From assembly GCA_964016885.1 (NCBI GenBank), contig OZ024740.1, forward strand, positions 1,612,001 through 1,676,000: a DNA stretch of 64,000 nt, read 5' to 3'. Below, one piece after another: positions 37,553-52,500 of the stretch. How positions within the stretch are numbered: position 1 is the first letter of the stretch; every line of letters begins with the position of its first letter. Source of the DNA: Eledone cirrhosa (taxonomy: Eukaryota). The notes below the pieces were generated by a model. That model did no database searches. It was not told the DNA's origin and saw nothing but the letters and a program-made list of their open reading frames with translations. The translations under genes and the position numbers were made by a program.

Positions 37553-38979
37553 TATAAGTATGTCTATCATACCTGTTGTGATAATGATGGTGGTGGTGGT
37601 GGTGGTGGAGGAGGGTGGTGGGGGGTGATGGTGGTGGAGGGGGTGGTGATGGTGAAATTAACTAAAGGAATGCACCCCCTCTCTTTTCCTGCTGTCTGTT
37701 CCCATCTCTCATGCTCCTTTACCCCCCTGTCTCTCTCCACCACAACCAGTACTGTCACATTCACACTGTTGACTTTCATACCTGTTGTTATGATGATGAT
37801 GATGGTGATGGTAGGAGGAAGAATCTACCCCCCTCCCCCTTCCTGCTGTCAACATGAGCAGATCTCTTCCTCCTTTCACTCCCCCACTGCCATCATTCTG
37901 ATGGCATTCACACTCTCTGTTGTTGCTGTTATGATGATGATGATGATAATGGTGGTGGTAGGAGGACTCTATCCCTGCTTCCTCACCTCCTTCTTTCTCT
38001 TCTCCCCCCCCCATACCACCACCACCACTGTTATCTGTTTGCCATAGCTGTTGTGATGATAATGATGGTAGAGGTGGTAGTAGAGATGGTGGTGGTAGCA
38101 GGTATTTATGGCAGTCTTCCTCTCACTGCTTTCAGTTCTCTTCCCCCACCACACCTATATCATCTGACTCCTGTTGTCTCCATCCCACCTATATATATTA
38201 GTCCTGGGATCCATGGGTGGGGGTAACCACAGTTAGTAAGGTACTTAATACATTAGTTTAATATAGAAATGACTTCTACAGGACTAGAACTGTTTCATTC
38301 AAAATAAATTATCAAGATAGCTTTCAATACACTGTGTTTTCGATGACCAATACCATCCTTTTGAATCCACAACAATGCTTACTTTGTGGATTAGCTGATG
38401 ATAATGATGGTGACAATGGAAGGTATCCAGGCTGAACTGCTGTATTTTTACCAAAGTCAAGCTAACCACACTACTTAGTTATAATTGATCTGAATCATCA
38501 AGGTCCCAAACCTCACTTACCGAGTGGAATGGATCTCATCAGATCAGACCAAGGAAACAATGTTTCCACTGGTCTTTTCAATACTATCTACTGCTTGCTA
38601 CTCCTGGTAGAAGGAACAACATAAAGTGTCTTGCTGAAGGACATAACACATCACCCAGTCTGGGAATTGAACTCACGACCTCGTTATTGTGAATTTAACT
38701 CTCTAACTATTCTTCTCAACCTGTTGCCAGCTCTATCTGTTGATGTTGTATTTATTAGAGAGATGGCAAGATAGAGAAGTTAAAGTCTGTCCCAAATCCC
38801 AATACATAACAGACTAGAGTTTAAAGGCCTACCGTCAGCTGTTGCTCATATTCATTTAATAACTTAATTGAACCCACAACCTTACAGTTGTACGCCCAAC
38901 AACCTAACCTCTAGGCTGCACACATTCATTCATATCTATATATATAATAATATACACAGTGTCATCCTGTGCAGTAATT

Positions 38980-39157
38980 TGGCCTGCTAGAAATAGCAGC
39001 CAGATCTCTCAAATCCCACCATACTGTCTTCTTAGATAAAATACACATAGGACAATGTAGTTAGTCCTAGATATACAAAAAGACTGGATAGTCAGGGCTG
39101 GAATGCCTTTGATCATAGGTGTGCTTGATAAAGACTGACCTGGGGCTAAATAACAAC
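38980..39157 (+). mobile_element. Dispersed SINE-like repeat (family B); source sequence of the 42-bp satellite
   Basis: CTGCTAGAAATAGCAGCC...ACACATAGGACAATGTAG(TTAG)TCCTAGATATACA...GGATAGTCAGGGCTGGAATGCC. Related copies lie at ~20755-20840 and ~61855-61985 (-). Confidence 0.6.
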
Positions 39158-39627
39158 TGTACAGCTATGAGTCATCAGACAGATCCTCTTTTGTGTAAGT
39201 GAAGGTGGCGGTGGCAGACTTCATAGCGAAGATGGGGGTGCCGGTGATGAGTCATGTTGATGATGGTGGTGGTGATGACATTAATCATGATGATGATGGT
39301 GGTGGTGACGGTGACAATGATAATGGAAGGTGGGATCAATGCAGCAGCTAGTAAACTGATAGTAAGATAGATGTAGTTGTGTTAGGAAAGAAACGAGAGT
39401 GTGGATCATTATATCAATGGTGATGTCATTACATGCAGCTTATTTTACTACTGTTTATTGATTGGTGGTGGTGACAGTGGTGGGATACCTCCAAAATGTA
39501 ACATTATTGAATCTTGTCATATAACCAAACTCTTATTACCTTTGCGTATATATTCCATACTTTCATATATACTTTTATTTAATCATGTAACAGATTAAAG
39601 AAGGTTTATTCTTAACACTGTTTAACC

Positions 39628-40148
39628 CAGCGGTTCCCCCCCCCAAAAAAAAAAAAATTTTAATTTTTGATATAATTTTGGCATGTATTTTTATTTCAAT
39701 CAAATCATTTTAAATTTATTATAAACCCTTTTTCAACAAAAAAGATTAAAATAAGAGTATATTATTTAATTTCAAAGAACAGATTAATGAGATTTCTGTA
39801 ATTATTTTTTTTCTATATCCAGTTTTAAATGATAAATTTACTAGAATAAATAACATATATCCTGTTATAAAAATAAGTTTCTTTACTAAGTTTATTTACT
39901 AAAACATAAATTGTTATATCCAGATTTAAATAATTATCAAGTGAAGTAAAATCATAATTAGAAAAGGTAGAAAGTTGATAAAAAGTTGAATATAAAAATG
40001 TGAAGCAAGAAAAAGAAAAAATTATGTTAGGAAACTACTCTTCTTTTTTATGTATGAAATTTTGTTATTTTTAGTTAATTCCCGTGGCTCCCCCAATAAA
40101 TTGCTATGGCCCACTGGTGGGCCATGGCCCCCTGGTTGGGAACCAATG
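39628..40148. mobile_element. hAT-type MITE
   Basis: TIR CAGCGGTTCCC / GGGAACCAATG, with a perfect 8-bp TSD GTTTAACC (39620-39627, 40149-40156). Confidence 0.85.
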
Positions 40149-40543
40149 GTTTAACCCTTTAACATTTAAAACAGTCATATCCGGCCAGAACTCTCTCATC
40201 TCTTTCTGTTCAAACTGGCTGTAACTTGCTTTCATACTGATGTTACAGTGTTATTCTCAAAATAAATTACATCATAATCTCATAGATTCGATATTATGTG
40301 AGGTAAAGTGTTTACTACAAAAATAAAATACTATATATAGAGTAATTATCATCATCGTTTAATGTCTAATTTCTAAGCTAGCATGTTGGGTCAGGTGGCC
40401 ATGTCTTGCTCATATAGAACTGTTTCTGGCTAGATTTCTACAGCTGGATACCCTACAGTGTGTACTTTGTGCTTTTTGTCATGACTCCTACACAACCACT
40501 TTACAAGGTGGGCTGGATATTTTTTGTCATGAGGGTAAAGGGT

Positions 40544-43500
40544 GAATGTGTCCTTCAGATATAGTGTATCTAGGACTACATTGTCTAATATGTCCTTTAG
40601 ACATAGTTTATCTAGGACTACATTGTCTAATGTGTCATTCAGATATAGTGTATCTAGGACTACATTGTCTAATGTGTCCTTTAGATATAGTGTATCTAGG
40701 ACTACATTGTCTAATGTGTCCTTTAGATATAGTGTATCTAGGACTACATTGTCTAATGTGTCCTTTAGATATAGTGTATCTAGGACTACATTGTCTAATG
40801 TGTCCTTTAGATATAGTGTATCTAGGACTACATTGTCTAATGTGTCCTTTAGATATAGTGTATCTAGGACTACATTGTCTAATGTGTCTCTTAGATATAG
40901 TGTATCTAGGACTACATTGTCTAATGTGTCCTTCAGACATAGTGTATCTAGGACTACATTGTCTAATGTGTCCTTCAGACATAGTGTATCTAGGACTACA
41001 TTGTCTAATGTGTCCTTTAGACATAGTGTATCTAGGACTGCATTGTCTAATGTGTCCTTTAGACATAGTGTATCTAGGACTACATTGTCTAATGTGTCCT
41101 TTAGACATAGTGTATCTAGGACTACATTGTCTAATGTGTCCTTCAGACATAGTGTATCTAGGACTACATTGTCTAATGTGTCCTTCAGACATAGTGTATC
41201 TAGGACTACATTGTCTAATGTGTCCTTTAGACATAGTGTATCTAGGACTACATTGTCTAATGTGTCCTTTAGACATAGTGTATCTAGGACTACATTGTCT
41301 AATATGTCCTTTAGACATAGTGTATCTAGGACTACATTGTCTAATGTGTCCTTTAGATATAGTGTATCTAGGACTACATTGTCTAATGTGTCATTCAGAC
41401 ATAGTGTATCTAGGACTACATTGTATAATGTGTCATTCAGACATAGTGTATCTAGGACTACATTGTCTAATGTGTCCTTTAGACATAGTGTATCTAGGAC
41501 TACATTGTCTAATGTGTCATTCAGACATAGTGTATCTAGGACTACATTGTATAATGTGTCATTCAGACATAGTGTATCTAGGACTACATTGTCTAATGTG
41601 TCATTCAGACATAGTGTATCTAGGACTACATTGTCTAATGTGTCCTTTAGACATAGTGTATCTAGGACTACATTGTCTAATGTGTCCTTTAGATATAGTG
41701 TATCTAGGACTACATTGTCTAATGTGTCATTCAGACATAGTGTATCTAGGACTACATTGTCTAATGTGTCATTCAGACATAGTGTATCTAGGACTACATT
41801 GTCTAATGTGTCCTTCAGATATAATGTATCTAGGACTACATTGTATAATGTGTCATTCAGACATAGTGTATCTAGGACTACATTGTCTAATGTGTCCTTT
41901 AGACATAGTGTATCTAGGACTACATTGTCTAATGTGTCCTTTAGACATAGTGTATCTAGGACTACATTGTCTAATGTGTCCTTTAGATATAGTGTATCTA
42001 GGACTACATTGTCTAATGTGTCCTTTAGATATAGTGTATCTAGGACTACATTGTATAATGTGTCATTCAGACATAGTGTATCTAGGACTACATTGTCTAA
42101 TGTGTCATTCAGATATAGTGTATCTAGGACTACATTGTCTAATGTGTCATTCAGACATAGTGTATCTAGGACTACATTGTCTAATGTGTCATTCAGACAT
42201 AGTGTATCTAGGACTACATTGTATAATGTGTTATTCAGACATAGTGTATCTAGGACTACATTGTCTAATGTGTCATTCAGATATAGTGTATCTAGGACTA
42301 CATTGTATAATGTGTCATTCAGATATAGTGTATCTAGGACTACATTGTCTAATGTGTCCTTTAGATATAGTGTATCTAGGACTACATTGTATAATGTGTC
42401 ATTCAGACATAGTGTATCTAGGACTACATTGTCTAATGTGTCATTCAGATATAGTGTATCTAGGACTACATTGTCTAATGTGTCATTCAGACATAGTGTA
42501 TCTAGGACTACATTGTCTAATGTGTCATTCAGACATAGTGTATCTAGGACTACATTGTATAATGTGTCATTCAGACATAGTGTATCTAGGACTACATTGT
42601 CTAATGTGTCATTCAGATATAGTGTATCTAGGACTACATTGTATAATGTGTCATTCAGACATAGTGTATCTAGGACTACATTGTCTAATGTGTCCTTTAG
42701 ATATAGTGTATCTAGGACTACATTGTCTAATGTGTCATTCAGACATAGTGTATCTAGGACTACATTGTATAATGTGTCATTCAGACATAGTGTATCTAGG
42801 ACTACATTGTCTAATGTGTCATTCAGACATAGTGTATCTAGGACTACATTGTCTAATGTGTCCTTCAGATATAGTGTATCTAGGACTACATTGTATAATG
42901 TGTCATTCAGACATAGTGTATCTAGGACTACATTGTCTAATGTGTCATTCAGATATAGTGTATCTAGGACTACATTGTCTAATGTGTCATTCAGACATAG
43001 TGTATCTAGGACTACATTGTCTAATGTGTCCTTTAGACATAGTGTATCTAGGACTACATTGTCTGATGTGTCCTTCAGATATAGTGTATCTAGGACTACA
43101 TTGTCTAATGTGTCATTCAGATATAGTGTATCTAGGACTACATTGTCTAATGTGTCATTCAGACATAGTGTATCTAGGACTACATTGTATAATGTGTCAT
43201 TCAGACATAGTGTATCTAGGACTACATTGTCTAATGTGTCCTTTAGACATAGTGTATCTAGGACTACATTGTCTAATGTGTCATTCAGACATAGTGTATC
43301 TAGGACTACATTGTCTAATGTGTCCTTTAGACATAGTGTATCTAGGACTACATTGTCTAATGTGTCCTTCAGATATAGTGTATCTAGCACTACATTGTCT
43401 AATGTGTCATTCAGATATAGTGTATCTAGGACTACATTGTCTAATGTGTCCTTTAGATATAGTGTATCTAGGACTACATTGTCTAATGTGTCCTTTAGAC

Positions 43501-46500
43501 ATAGTGTATCTAGGACTACATTGTCTAATGTGTCATTCAGATATAGTGTATCTAGGACTACATTGTCTAATGTGTCATTCAGACATAGTGTATCTAGGAC
43601 TACATTGTCTAATGTGTCATTCAGACATAGTTTATCTAGGACTACATTGTCTAATGTGTCATTCAGATATAGGGTATCTAGGGCTACATTGTCTAATGTG
43701 TCATTCAGATATAGTGTATCTAGGACTACATTGTCTAATGTGTCCTTTAGACATAGTGTATCTAGGACTACATTGTCTAATGTGTCATTCAGACATAGTG
43801 TATCTAGGACTACATTGTCTAATGTGTCATTCAGACATAGTGTATCTAGGACTACATTGTCTAATGTGTCATTCAGACATAGTGTATCTAGGGCTACATT
43901 GTCTAATGTGTCATTCAGATATAGTGTATCTAGGACTACATTGTCTAATGTGTCCTTCAGACATAGTGTATCTAGGACTACATTGTCTAATGTGTCATTC
44001 AGACATAGTTTATCTAGGACTACATTGTCTAATGTGTCCTTTAGACATAGTGTATCTAGGACTACATTGTCTAATGTGTCCTTTAGATATAGTGTATCTA
44101 GGACTACATTGTCTAATGTGTCCTTTAGATATAGTGTATCTAGGACTACATTGTCTAATGTGTCCTTTAGATATAGTGTATCTAGGACTACATTGTCTAA
44201 TGTGTCATTCAGACATAGTGTATCTAGGACTACATTGTCTAATGTGTCCTTTAGACATAGTGTATCTAGGACTACATTGTCTAATGTGTCATTCAGATAT
44301 AGTGTATTTAGGACTACATTGTCTAATGTGTCCTTTAGATATAGTGTATCTAGGACTACATTGTCTAATGTGTCATTCAGACATAGTGTATCTAGGACTA
44401 CATTGTCTAATGTGTCCTTTAGATATAGTGTATCTAGGACTACATTGTCTAATGTGTCCTTTAGATATAGTGTATCTAGGACTACATTGTCTAATGTGTC
44501 CTTTAGATATAGTGTATCTAGGACTACATTGTCTAATGTGTCATTCAGACATAGTGTATCTAGGACTACATTGTCTAATGTGTCCTTTAGACATAGTGTA
44601 TCTAGGACTACATTGTCTAATGTGTCATTCAGATATAGTGTATCTAGGACTACATTGTCTAATGTGTCCTTTAGATATAGTGTATCTAGGACTACATTGT
44701 CTAATGTGTCATTCAGACATAGTGTATCTAGGACTACATTGTCTAATGTGTCATTCAGATATAGTGTATCTAGGACTACATTGTCTAATGTGTCCTTTAG
44801 ACATAGTGTATCTAGGACTACATTGTCTAATGTGTCATTCAGATATAGTGTATCTAGGACTACATTGTCTAATGTGTCCTTTAGATATAGTGTATCTAGG
44901 ACTACATTGTCTAATGTGTCATTCAGACATAGTGTATCTAGGACTACATTGTCTAATGTGTCCTTTAGACATAGTGTATCTAGGACTACATTGTCTAATG
45001 TGTCATTCAGATATAGTGTATCTAGGACTACATTGTCTAATTTGTCATTCAGATATAGTGTATCTAGGACTACATTGTCTAATGTGTCCTTTAGATATAG
45101 TGTATCTAGGACTACATTGTCTAATGTGTCATTCAGACATAGTGTATCTAGGACTACATTGTCTAATGTGTCCTTTAGACATAGTGTATCTAGGACTACA
45201 TTGTCTAATGTGTCATTCAGATATAGTGTATCTAGGACTACATTCTCTAATGTGTCATTCAGATATAGTGTATCTAGGACTACATTGTCTAATGTGTCCT
45301 TTAGATATAGTGTATCTAGGACTACATTGTCTAATGTGTCCTTTAGATATAGTGTATCTAGGATTACATTGTCTAATGTGTCATTCAGACATAGTGTATC
45401 TAGGACTACATTGTCTAATGTGTCCTTTAGATATAGTGTATCTAGGACTACATTGTCTAATGTGTCCTTTAGACATAGTGTATCTAGAACTACATTGTCT
45501 AATGTGTCCTTTAGATATAGTGTATCTAGGACTACATTGTCTAATGTGTCATTCAGATATAGTGTATCTAGGACTACATTGTCTAATGTGTCCTTTAGAC
45601 ATAGTGTATCTAGGACTACATTGTCTAATGTGTCCTTTAGATATAGTGTATCTAGGACTACATTGTCTAATGTGTCATTCAGACATAGTGTATCTAGGAC
45701 TACATTGTCTAATGTGTCCTTCAGACATAGTGTATCTAGGGCTACATTGTCTAATGTGTCCTTTAGATATAGTGTATCTAGGACTACATTGTCTAATGTG
45801 TCATTCAGATATAGTGTATCTAGGACTACATTGTCTAATGTGTCCTTTAGACATAGTGTATCTAGGACTACATTGTCTAATGTGTCCTTTAGATATAGTG
45901 TATCTAGGACTACATTGTCTAATGTGTCCTTCAGACATAGTGTATCTAGGGCTACATTGTCTAATGTGTCATTCAGACATAGTGTATCTAGGGCTACATT
46001 GTCTAATGTGTCATTCAGACATAGTGTATCTAGGGCTACATTGTCTAATGTGTCATTCAGACATAGTGTATCTAGGACTACATTGTCTAATGTGTCATTC
46101 AGACATAGTGTATCTAGGACTACATTGTCTAATGTGTCCTTTAGATATAGTGTATCTAGGACTACATTGTCTAATGTGTCATTCAGACATAGTGTATCTA
46201 GGACTACATTGTCTAATGTGTCCTTTAGACATAGTGTATCTAGGACTACATTGTCTGTGTCATTCAGACATAGTGTATCTAGGACTACATTGTCTAATGT
46301 GTCCTTCAGACATAGTTTATCTAGGACTACATTGGCTAATGTGTCCTTCAGACATAGTGTATCTAGGACTACATTGTCTAATGTGTCCTTCAGACATAGT
46401 GTATCTAGGACTACATTGTCTAATGTGTCCTTCAGACATAGTGTATCTAGGACTACATTGTCTAATGTGTCCTTCAGACATAGTGTATCTAGGACTACAT

Positions 46501-49500
46501 TGTCTAATGTGTCTTTCAGACATAGTGTATCTAGGACTACATTGTCTAATGTGTCCTTTAGACATAGTGTATCTAGGACTACATTGTCTAATGTGTCATT
46601 CAGACATAGTGTATCTAGGACTACATTGTCTAATGTGTCATTCAGACAGTGTATCTAGGACTACATTGTCTAATGTGTCATTCAGACACAGTGTATCTAG
46701 GACTACATTGTCTAATGTGTCCTTTAGATATAGTGTATCTAGGACTACATTGTCTAATGTGTCATTCAGACATAGTGTATCTAGGACTACATTGTCTAAT
46801 GTGTCATTCAGATATAGTGTATCTAGGACTACATTGTCTAATGTGTCATTCAGACACAGTGTATCTAGGACTACATTGTCTAATGTGTCCTTTAGATATA
46901 GTGTATCTAGGACTACATTGTCTAATGTGTCCTTTAGACATAGTGTATCTAGGACTACATTGTCTAATGTGTCATTCAGACATAGTGTATCTAGGACTAC
47001 ATTGTCTAATGTGTCCTTTAGATATAGTGTATCTAGGACTACATTGTCTAATGTGTCCTTTAGACATAGTGTATCTAGGACTACATTGTCTAATGTGTCA
47101 TTCAGACATAGTGTATCTAGGACTACATTGTCTAATGTGTCCTTTAGACATAGTGTATCTAGGACTACATTGTCTAATGTGTCATTCAGATATAGTGTAT
47201 CTAGGACTACATTGTCTAATGTGTCCTTTAGATATAGTGTATCTAGGACTACATTGTCTAATGTGTCATTCAGACATAGTGTATCTAGGACTACATTGTC
47301 TAATGTGTCATTCAGATATAGTGTATCTAGGACTACATTGTCTAATGTGTCCTTTAGACATAGTGTATCTAGGACTACATTGTCTAATGTGTCATTCAGA
47401 TATAGTGTATCTAGGACTACATTGTCTAATGTGTCCTTTAGATATAGTGTATCTAGGACTACATTGTCTAATGTGTCATTCAGACATAGTGTATCTAGGA
47501 CTACATTGTCTAATGTGTCCTTTAGACATAGTGTATCTAGGACTACATTGTCTAATGTGTCATTCAGATATAGTGTATCTAGGACTACATTGTCTAATTT
47601 GTCATTCAGATATAGTGTATCTAGGACTACATTGTCTAATGTGTCCTTTAGATATAGTGTATCTAGGACTACATTGTCTAATGTGTCATTCAGACATAGT
47701 GTATCTAGGACTACATTGTCTAATGTGTCCTTTAGACATAGTGTATCTAGGACTACATTGTCTAATGTGTCATTCAGATATAGTGTATCTAGGACTACAT
47801 TCTCTAATGTGTCATTCAGATATAGTGTATCTAGGACTACATTGTCTAATGTGTCCTTTAGATATAGTGTATCTAGGACTACATTGTCTAATGTGTCCTT
47901 TAGATATAGTGTATCTAGGATTACATTGTCTAATGTGTCATTCAGACATAGTGTATCTAGGACTACATTGTCTAATGTGTCCTTTAGATATAGTGTATCT
48001 AGGACTACATTGTCTAATGTGTCCTTTAGACATAGTGTATCTAGAACTACATTGTCTAATGTGTCCTTTAGATATAGTGTATCTAGGACTACATTGTCTA
48101 ATGTGTCATTCAGATATAGTGTATCTAGGACTACATTGTCTAATGTGTCCTTTAGACATAGTGTATCTAGGACTACATTGTCTAATGTGTCCTTTAGATA
48201 TAGTGTATCTAGGACTACATTGTCTAATGTGTCATTCAGACATAGTGTATCTAGGACTACATTGTCTAATGTGTCCTTCAGACATAGTGTATCTAGGGCT
48301 ACATTGTCTAATGTGTCCTTTAGATATAGTGTATCTAGGACTACATTGTCTAATGTGTCATTCAGATATAGTGTATCTAGGACTACATTGTCTAATGTGT
48401 CCTTTAGACATAGTGTATCTAGGACTACATTGTCTAATGTGTCCTTTAGATATAGTGTATCTAGGACTACATTGTCTAATGTGTCCTTCAGACATAGTGT
48501 ATCTAGGGCTACATTGTCTAATGTGTCATTCAGACATAGTGTATCTAGGGCTACATTGTCTAATGTGTCATTCAGACATAGTGTATCTAGGGCTACATTG
48601 TCTAATGTGTCATTCAGACATAGTGTATCTAGGACTACATTGTCTAATGTGTCATTCAGACATAGTGTATCTAGGACTACATTGTCTAATGTGTCCTTTA
48701 GATATAGTGTATCTAGGACTACATTGTCTAATGTGTCATTCAGACATAGTGTATCTAGGACTACATTGTCTAATGTGTCCTTTAGACATAGTGTATCTAG
48801 GACTACATTGTCTGTGTCATTCAGACATAGTGTATCTAGGACTACATTGTCTAATGTGTCCTTCAGACATAGTTTATCTAGGACTACATTGGCTAATGTG
48901 TCCTTCAGACATAGTGTATCTAGGACTACATTGTCTAATGTGTCCTTCAGACATAGTGTATCTAGGACTACATTGTCTAATGTGTCCTTCAGACATAGTG
49001 TATCTAGGACTACATTGTCTAATGTGTCCTTCAGACATAGTGTATCTAGGACTACATTGTCTAATGTGTCTTTCAGACATAGTGTATCTAGGACTACATT
49101 GTCTAATGTGTCCTTTAGACATAGTGTATCTAGGACTACATTGTCTAATGTGTCATTCAGACATAGTGTATCTAGGACTACATTGTCTAATGTGTCATTC
49201 AGACAGTGTATCTAGGACTACATTGTCTAATGTGTCATTCAGACACAGTGTATCTAGGACTACATTGTCTAATGTGTCCTTTAGATATAGTGTATCTAGG
49301 ACTACATTGTCTAATGTGTCATTCAGACATAGTGTATCTAGGACTACATTGTCTAATGTGTCATTCAGATATAGTGTATCTAGGACTACATTGTCTAATG
49401 TGTCATTCAGACACAGTGTATCTAGGACTACATTGTCTAATGTGTCCTTTAGATATAGTGTATCTAGGACTACATTGTCTAATGTGTCCTTTAGACATAG

Positions 49501-52500
49501 TGTATCTAGGACTACATTGTCTAATGTGTCATTCAGACATAGTGTATCTAGGACTACATTGTCTAATGTGTCCTTTAGATATAGTGTATCTAGGACTACA
49601 TTGTCTAATGTGTCCTTTAGACATAGTGTATCTAGGACTACATTGTCTAATGTGTCATTCAGACATAGTGTATCTAGGACTACATTGTCTAATGTGTCCT
49701 TTAGACATAGTGTATCTAGGACTACATTGTCTAATGTGTCCTTCAGACATAGTGTATCTAGAACTACATTGTCTAATGTGTCCTTTAGATATAGTGTATC
49801 TAGGACTACATTGTCTAATGTGTCCTTTAGATATAGTGTATCTAGGACTACATTGTCTAATGTGTCCTTTAGATATAGTGTATCTAGGACTACATTGTCT
49901 AATGTGTCCTTTAGATATAGTGTATCTAGGACTACATTGTCTAATGTGTCCTTTAGACATAGTGTATCTAGGACTACATTGTCTAATGTGTCATTCAGAC
50001 AGTGTATCTAGGACTACATTGTCTAATGTGTCATTCAGATATAGTGTATCTAGGACTACATTGTCAAATGTGTCATTCAGACATAGTGTATCTAGGACTA
50101 CATTGTCTAATGTGTCATTCAGACATAGTGTATCTAGGACTACATTGTCTAATGTGTCATTCAGACATAGTGTATCTAGGACTACATTGTCTAATGTGTC
50201 ATTCAGATATAGTGTATCTAGGACTACATTGTCTAATGTGTCATTCAGACATAGTGTATCTAGGACTACATTGTCTAATGTGTCCTTTAGATATAGTGTA
50301 TCTAGGACTACATTGTCTAATGTGTCATTCAGATATAGTGTATCTAGGACTACATTGTCTAATGTGTCATTCAGACATAGTGTATCTAGGACTACATTGT
50401 CTAATGTGTCATTCAGATATAGTGTATCTAGGACTACATTGTCTAATGTGTCCTTTAGATATAGTGTATCTAGGACTACATTGTCTAATGTGTCATTCAG
50501 ACATAGTGTATCTAGGACTACATTGTCTAATGTGTCCTTTAGACATAGTGTATCTAGGACTACATTGTCTAATGTGTCATTCAGACATAGTGTATCTAGG
50601 ACTACATTGTCTAATGTGTCCTTTAGACATAGTGTATCTAGGACTACATTGTCTAATGTGTCCTTTAGACATAGTGTATCTAGGACTACATTGTCTAATG
50701 TGTCCTTCAGACATAGTGTATCTAGGACTACATTGTCTAATGTGTCCTTTAGACATAGTGTATCTAGGACTACATTGTCTAATGTGTCATTCAGATATAG
50801 TGTATCTAGGACTACATTCTCTAATGTGTCATTCAGATATAGTGTATCTAGGACTACATTGTCTAATGTGTCCTTTAGATATAGTGTATCTAGGACTACA
50901 TTGTCTAATGTGTCCTTTAGATATAGTGTATCTAGGACTACATTGTCTAATGTGTCATTCAGACATAGTGTATCTAGGACTACATTGTCTAATGTGTCCT
51001 TTAGATATAGTGTATCTAGGACTACATTGTCTAATGTGTCCTTTAGACATAGTGTATCTAGAACTACATTGTCTAATGTGTCCTTTAGATATAGTGTATC
51101 TAGGACTACATTGTCTAATGTGTCATTCAGATATAGTGTATCTAGGACTACATTGTCTAATGTGTCCTTTAGACATAGTGTATCTAGGACTACATTGTCT
51201 AATGTGTCCTTTAGATATAGTGTATCTAGGACTACATTGTCTAATGTGTCATTCAGACATAGTGTATCTAGGACTACATTGTCTAATGTGTCCTTCAGAC
51301 ATAGTGTATCTAGGGCTACATTGTCTAATGTGTCCTTTAGATATAGTGTATCTAGGACTACATTGTCTAATGTGTCATTCAGATATAGTGTATCTACGAC
51401 TACATTGTCTAATGTGTCCTTTAGACATAGTGTATCTAGGACTACATTGTCTAATGTGTCCTTTAGATATAGTGTATCTAGGACTACATTGTCTAATGTG
51501 TCCTTCAGACATAGTGTATCTAGGGCTACATTGTCTAATGTGTCATTCAGACATAGTGTATCTAGGGCTACATTGTCTAATGTGTCATTCAGACATAGTG
51601 TATCTAGGGCTACATTGTCTAATGTGTCATTCAGACATAGTGTATCTAGGACTACATTGTCTAATGTGTCATTCAGACATAGTGTATCTAGGACTACATT
51701 GTCTAATGTGTCCTTTAGATATAGTGTATCGAGGACTACATTGTCTAATGTGTCATTCAGACATAGTGTATCTAGGACTACATTGTCTAATGTGTCCTTT
51801 AGACATAGTGTATCTAGGACTACATTGTCTGTGTCATTCAGACATAGTGTATCTAGGACTACATTGTCTAATGTGTCCTTCAGACATAGTTTATCTAGGA
51901 CTACATTGGCTAATGTGTCCTTCAGACATAGTGTATCTAGGACTACATTGTCTAATGTGTCCTTCAGACATAGTGTATCTAGGACTACATTGTCTAATGT
52001 GTCCTTCAGACATAGTGTATCTAGGACTACATTGTCTAATGTGTCCTTCAGACATAGTGTATCTAGGACTACATTGTCTAATGTGTCCTTCAGACATAGT
52101 GTATCTAGGACTACATTGTCTAATGTGTCCTTTAGACATAGTGTATCTAGGACTACATTGTCTAATGTGTCATTCAGACATAGTGTATCTAGGACTACAT
52201 TGTCTAATGTGTCATTCAGACAGTGTATCTAGGACTACATTGTCTAATGTGTCATTCAGACACAGTGTATCTAGGACTACATTGTCTAATGTGTCCTTTA
52301 GATATAGTGTATCTAGGACTACATTGTCTAATGTGTCATTCAGACATAGTGTATCTAGGACTACATTGTCTGTGTCATTCAGATATAGTGTATCTAGGAC
52401 TACATTGTCTAATGTGTCATTCAGACACAGTGTATCTAGGACTACATTGTCTAATGTGTCCTTTAGATATAGTGTATCTAGGACTACATTGTCTAATGTG

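Noticed and set aside
38530-38570. GAAAC...GTC...CTGATGAG in the SINE as a permuted hammerhead
   Set aside because: Only 4 nt are available for stem I, and other copies (~995, ~17935) read TTGACGA.
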